A stretch of 54,863 nt of DNA from Nemertoderma westbladi (taxonomy: Eukaryota > Animalia > Xenacoelomorpha), in the NCBI GenBank assembly GCA_032718475.1, contig JAUCBJ010005428.1:1-54863 (forward strand), written 5' to 3'. Numbering within the stretch: position 1 is the first letter of the stretch; every line of letters starts with the position of its first letter. The translations under genes and the position numbers were made by a program. The notes under the pieces were generated by a model. That model saw only the letters and a list, made by a program, of their open reading frames with translations, searched no databases and had not been told where the DNA came from. This document shows positions 48,759 to 54,863 of this stretch, piece after piece.

Positions 48759-51700
48759 CCCTATTAAACCCGGGGGGGGGGGGGTCAATATGACCCCCCC
48801 CCCCCCACCGTAGTTTTTTTCTCATAATTCTGAAACAAACGCAGTTGGGAATCTGAAATTTTACGACTTTTCCTAAAAAATCTATTGTCTTCCTAGTAGT
48901 GAAAACCGTTTTCAAAAATATTGGGTAGTTTTCGAGTTATAGCTCCATTTTTTAACCCTATTTTTGGCACTTATTTTTGAGACGTTTTTTGAAAATTACA
49001 TTTCATTAAATATGATTTGTAACATCTCTATTTTTGATTTACACCGGTTTTTTGGTGTTAGCAATTGGGTGGAATTCATATAAATTCATTTAGAAATTTC
49101 AAACTTGTTTTTTTCGGCGGGTGCCAAATTTTGGTGCCAAATTTTGGTGCCAGCCCCAAATTTTGAAATATGTCAATTTTGTAAATTGATTGTTTGAAAC
49201 TTGTTTTTTTGCGCAATTGGGGTTTTTGGGGTTCTGGTTTTGATGGAATATATACGAGTTGCACCAAGCGTATCAAACTTGTATTTCTCGGTGCTGTGTG
49301 CAAATTTTGGTGCTAGCACGAAATTTTGAAAATACATTCAATAGATAAAATTGCTTGTGACAATTTATTTCTTGCGTTTTAGAGGTTTATGGCTGTTCTG
49401 AATTCAATGGAATATATAACTATCGAACTAGACATCTCAAACTTGTATTTTTCGGAAGTGGGTGCAAAATGTGGTGCTAGCACCAAATTTTGAAAGCCAT
49501 CAAATATATCAATTGATTGTGTCACCTTGTTTCTTGCTTTATACGGGTTTGTGAGTGTTCTGAATTCAATGGAATCAGTAAAAATTTCATAAGAGTTTTC
49601 AAACTTGGGTTCAAACTTCAGGTTCCACCTTGGTGTAGTGGTTGCATTGAATTCACATCTCCTGTAGGTCGTGGGTTCGATCCTCACATGGGCCAGGGCA
49701 GTTTTCGTTTCGGCACGAATGCTTTAAAGGGACCAGCCATGGCGCATCTCTGCCTTGCATCCTTAAGTGGTAGCTTAATGAGTACTGGAGTTTCCTCTAG
49801 GGAGTAAAGTTCTGGGGGACCGTGTAAAAAAAGCTTTTGCGGACATAACAAATTTTTTCGCAATGCGCGGAATACTCCAAAATAGCCCTAAAATTGTTCA
49901 ACTACGCGTCGGACAGAAATTAGAACCAAGATGACGAAATCTGTCAGCTGATTCTTTGTGTACGTGGAGATTCCTTTGTTTGAGCCTATTCAGCCAATCA
50001 GAGCAATCTTCTCAGTTATGCCAGTAGAGACCTACCTGTGGAAACTGGCGCATGCGCATTATTATCGTTTTTTTTCTGAGAATTAGATTCCTCTCAGGAT
50101 TCTGTACTAAGTACGGACGTTTCAGACTTTGGCCCAAGAACATCTGATGGCCTTAGTTATAAGAACGTAAATCTACTGTATTAACATCGTAACACCTGGA
50201 CACACATCAAATCACCTAACTTGTTATACAAACAAGACATATTACTGAACACATACTGACTGTTCACCGCACTGTTTTAATGCTGTTTTATTGTGTTAAT
50301 TGCTGTTTATATTAATGGACGTTATATTTGGAGAATACCGATAAATAATCGTAAACCCCTCAACTTTCTTGATTACTGAGGTAAGCAGAGGAAGGGTCTA
50401 CCGGTAACAACTGTGACTCAAATTATAGTGGTTTTGTGTGAATTAAATGCTATTTCATAATCCCTACGTGTGTCAGTTGCAATCCTCCTTATATATGATC
50501 AAAATCAGTGACGGTCGGCAAATTAGTGTGAATTAGTGTGAAGTAGTGTGAAGGTTAATAAAGCATCTGCTAAAGAATGCGCTATTTACGAAACTCTGTG
50601 GCCATCTAGTTGTGATTAGTGTAAGTCATACTGTAACTCTGTTATATACTTAAAGCGCCACGTCCTAAAGGAACTGTTAATATTTCCCCGAAAGTAAATA
50701 TAGTTGTCAGAGATTATATAGTAGCGATCAATCGAATAATACAAAGTAGCCTACACCGCAATAACTTCCTCTGGAACCCGAATCCAGTCTCCCACACCGT
50801 GGGTCATACGCCGCGCACGGACTGGCTTCGGCGGATGTAACTTCAGTACACCAGTGAGGGCTAAAGTCGATTCATAATTAAAAAGACATTTAAATTGGCA
50901 GGTTAAACTGCTAAAAGGTCTAAAAGCGCGAACAGACCGCACTGGAAATAAGTCGTCAGACTTTGTGCGTAATCCCTGGCCTAGCGGCCGAAGAAAATTT
51001 ACTTTTTTTACTTTTTTCAAACTTGTATTTTTCGCCGGTGGGTGAAAATTGTTGTGCCAGCACCACATTTTTGAAAATAAGCAAATTGAGGATATATCTT
51101 TTTACAGAACACAGCAGAACACAGTAGAACACAGCAGAACACAATAGAATACAGGCGGAACATAGGCGAACACAGCTCTAATTAAAATCTACACCAAAAA
51201 ATAACACACTTGGGAAAGTACCGGATTTAATCATACAACTGTAAGATGTCAATTACATATTTAAATTAAATGGCGGTTTCCATATCCTCCAAAATAAATA
51301 ACTTCTCATTATCCTGTAACCATGGAGAGTTGGTTAATTCTACAGCAGTACAGTACCGGTAGCTGAGTAGGCCTACATCAGTACATTGGTAATATACTCT
51401 ACACTGTGCCCGGTAATTGCCGGTAAATGCCTACATCTGTCTGTCTGTACAATGTACAGTCTGTCAGTCTGTACATGTCTCTACAGCACTAGGCCTACTG
51501 CAGTACTGGAACAGGCTGACAGGCAGACTGCTGGACTAGTAACAGGTACAGGCCTAACCGAACAGCTGATCGGGCAAATCAGGTAATTTATTTTGGAGGA
51601 TATGGAAAACCGCCATTTAATTTAAAAATGTAATTGACATCTTACAGTTGTATGATTAAGTCCGGTACTTTCCCAAGTGTGTTATTTTTTGGTGTAGATT

Positions 51701-52464
51701 TTAATTACAGCTATGTTCGCCTATGTTCCGCCTGTATTCTATTGTGTTCTGCTGTGTTCTGCTGTGTTCTGTAAAAAGAACTATCCGCAAATTGATCAGT
51801 AGATAGTACAGTATTATCTTGTTTCTTGCGTTATACGTGTTTATGAGGGTCCTAAATCCGATGGAATCAATAAAAACAGCACTGGGCATCGCAAACTTGT
51901 ACTTTTTGGTGATGGGTACGAAATTAAAGCACCAATATTCGCCAAATTACGCCGAAAAATACAAGTAGCAATGATCTGGCATATTAGAAATGTATTCCAT
52001 TAGAATCAGCGCCCTAGAAAACCTGAAAATGTGAATTTATAGCATCGTATAAGTGAATTAAAAATTTTCTGTTCTAACTGAAAAGTGCTGGTTACTAGTT
52101 TTTTTCATGTTTTCCCTACGCAGAAAGGACTAAACAGCCATTTATAGTAATCATATCATTTTTAGATATTTTCCAATCTATTTTGCGTATTGATAAACAA
52201 TTAGCCGAAAAATGTAACTTTCAAATTTTGTGAAAATTGTGCACTACTTGTAATTTTGGTGCTGCACTATAACCTTTTTTCGTCCTATAACATTTTTTCG
52301 AAAATTTTTTTTCGGTCGGATCCAGAATAGTGATACCTACGTACAAACAAAAAATCAGACGTTTTCGTAAAAATTTGTAGATTTTAGAGAGGGGGGGGGG
52401 GGTCAATATGACCCCCCCCCCCCCCGGTATTTGTACAGTATTTTATAGCCCGGTACTAATAGGG
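48759..52464. mobile_element. piggyBac-like non-autonomous DNA transposon (3.7 kb)
   Basis: TTAA|CCCTATTA... and ...TAATAGGG|TTAA; both ends carry a (G)nTCAATATGA(C)n hairpin; no transposase ORF seen. Confidence 0.8.
49627..49832 (+). mobile_element. tRNA-derived SINE
   Basis: A-box TGGTGTAGTGG, B-box GGTTCGATCC, ~130-bp body and short A tail; related copy at 31470. Confidence 0.7.
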
Positions 52465-52812
52465 TTAAAGAGCGAGTTTATATTAACGCGGATGCACATT
52501 TTGACTTACAGCATCTTTATATTTGACATCCAACTTTCCTGGTAGTTCGAAACCGGTACTTACATTACATCTTACGGATAAAAAATTCCTTGCGAGCGTT
52601 AATCTTCACTTGATATTATTAGCCGCGCGGGGGCGATCCTTATATTACACCTTCATTTTCATACGAAGTCCGATATGATTGATCCATAATATTATGTAAC
52701 ATTTAATATTTTCTCAACTTATGGGTGAATAAGACCCTCCCTCCGCTAGCTAGTTTTTGTGACCGCTCACCCAAAAACTGACGTTCCAAACGCCGGCCAT
52801 ATGCCGAGTGCG

Positions 52813-54863
52813 TCACCTAGGTGAGGTGAAAGCTTCTCAATCACCTAGGTGAGGTGGAAGCTTCTCAATCACCTAGGTGAGGTGGAAGCTTCTCAATCAC
52901 CTAGGTGAGGTGAAAGCTTCTCAATCACCTAGGTGAGGTGGAAGCTTCTCAATCACCTAGGTGAGGTGAAAGGTTCTCAATCACCTAGGTGAGGTGGAAG
53001 CTTCTCAATTACCGAGGTGAGGTGGAAGCTACTCAATCACCTAGGTGAGGTGGAAGCTTCTCAATCACCTAGGTGAGGTGAAAGGTTCTCAATCACCTAG
53101 GTGAGGTGGAAGCTTCTCAATCACCTAGGTTAGGTGAAATCTTCTCAAACACCTAGGTGATGTGGAAGCTTCTCAATCACCTAGGTGAGGTGGAAGCTAC
53201 TCAATCACCTAGGTGAGGTGGAAGCTTCTCAATCACCTAGGTGAGGTGGAAGCTTCTCAATCACCCAGTTGGGGTGAAAGCTTCTCAATCACCTAGGAGA
53301 GGTGGAAGCTTCTCAATCACCTAGGTGAGGTGAAAGCTTCTCAATAGCCTAGGTGAGGTGGAAGCTTCTCAATCACCTAGGGAAGGTGAAAGCTTCTCAA
53401 TCACCTAGGTGAGGTGGAAGCTTCTCAATCACCTAGATGAGGTGGAAGCTTCTCAATCACCTAGGTGAGGTGGAAGCTTCTCAATCACCTAGGTGAGGTG
53501 GAAGCTTCTCAATCACCCAGTTGAGGTGAAAGCTTCTCAATCACCTAGGTGAGGTGGAAGCTTCTCAATCACCTAGATGAGGTGGAAGCTTCCCAATCAC
53601 CTAGGTGAGGTGGAAGCTTCTCAATCACCCAGTTGAGGTGAAAGCTTCTCAATCACCTAGGAGAGGTGGAAGCTTCTCAATCACTTAGGTGAGGTGAAAG
53701 CTTCTCAATAGCCTAGGTGAGGTGGAAGCTTCTCAATCACCTAATGGACGTGGAAGCTTCTCAATCACCTAGGTGAGGTGAAAGCTTCTCCATCACCTAG
53801 GTGAGGTGGAAGCTTCTCAATCACCTAGATGAGGTGAAAGCTTCTCAATCACCTAGGTGAGGTGAAAGCTTCTCAATCACCTAGGTGAGGTGGAAGCTTC
53901 TCAATCACCTAGGTGAGGTGAAAGCTTCTCCATCACCTAGGTGAGGTGGAAGCTTCTCAATCACCTAGGTGAGGTGGAAGCTTCTCAATCACCTAGGTGA
54001 GGTGAAAGCTTCTCAATCACATAGATGAGATGGAAGCTTCTCAATCACCTAGGTGAGGTGAAAGCTTCTCAATCACCTAGGTGAGGTGGAAGCTTCTCAA
54101 TCACCTAGGTGAGGTGGAAGCTTCTCAATCACCTAGGTGAGGTGGAAGCTTCTCAATCACCTAGATGAGGTGGAAGCTTCTCAATCACCTAGGTAAGGTG
54201 GAAGCTTCTCAATCACCTAGATGAGGTGGAAGCTTCTCAATCACCTAGGTGAGGTGAAAGCTTCTCAATCACCTAAGTGAGATGGAAGCTTCTCAATCAC
54301 CTAGATGAGGTGGAAGCTTCTCAATCACCTAGGTGAGTTGAAGCTTCTCAATCACCTAGGTGAGGTGAAAGCTTCTCAATCGCCTAGGTTAGGTGAAAGC
54401 TTCTCAATCACCTAGGTGAGGTGGAAGCTTCTCAATCACCTAGGTGAGGTGAAAGCTTCTCAATCACCTAGATGAGGTGGAAGCTTCTCAATCACCTAGG
54501 TGAGGTGAAAGCTTCTCAATCACCTAGATGAGGTGGAAGCTTCTCAATCACCCAGGTGAGGTGAAAGCTTCTCAATCACCTAGGTGAGGTGGACGCTTCT
54601 CAATCACCGAGGTGAGGTGAAAGCTTCTCAATCACCTAGATGAGGTGAAAGCTTCTCAATCACCTAGGTGAGGTGAAAGCTTCTCAATCACCTAGGTTAG
54701 GTGAAAGCTTCTCAATCACCTAGGTGAGGTGGACGCTTCTCAATCACCGAGGTGAGGTGAAAGCTTCTCAATCACCTAGATGAGGTGGAAGCTTCTCAAT
54801 CACCCAGGTGAGGTGAAAGCTTCTCAATCACCTAGATGAGGTGGAAGCTTCTCAATCACCTAG
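52813..54863. repeat. 28-bp minisatellite (>=73 copies, runs off the window)
   Basis: Unit TCACCTAGGTGAGGTGGAAGCTTCTCAA, containing the palindromes TCACCTAGGTGA and GAAGCTTC. Confidence 0.97.

Noticed and set aside
810-54863. CRISPR-like arrays
   Set aside because: All arrays are head-to-tail with no unique spacers, there are no cas genes, and the context is eukaryotic.

Overview
AT-rich, intron-containing animal (invertebrate-like) genomic DNA, not prokaryotic. The backbone is a + strand MAPK15 (ERK7/8)-type kinase gene whose 5' exons lie upstream of the window. Nine coding exons run from 8178 to the stop at 45999 with compatible splice phases. Its large introns hold six other genes: GSKIP (-), a typical 2-Cys peroxiredoxin (-), RCAN/calcipressin (+), an F-box/LRR-like gene (+), a 3-exon DBH/TBH-like copper monooxygenase (-), and, inside the first intron of that monooxygenase, a MYG1 gene (-) with a single frameshift, giving three-level nesting. 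The most unusual signal is that at three exon ends (two in MAPK15, one in the monooxygenase) the last codons plus the 5' splice site are amplified head-to-tail into intronic tandem arrays (73, 48 and about 37 bp units). The rest is transposons and minisatellites: a Galileo/P-like THAP element with a 7-bp TSD and a nested Harbinger MITE, a decayed Helitron interrupted by a TIR element, a piggyBac-like element, LINE 3' fragments and tRNA-derived SINEs. All family assignments are by eye from motifs; no database search was run.
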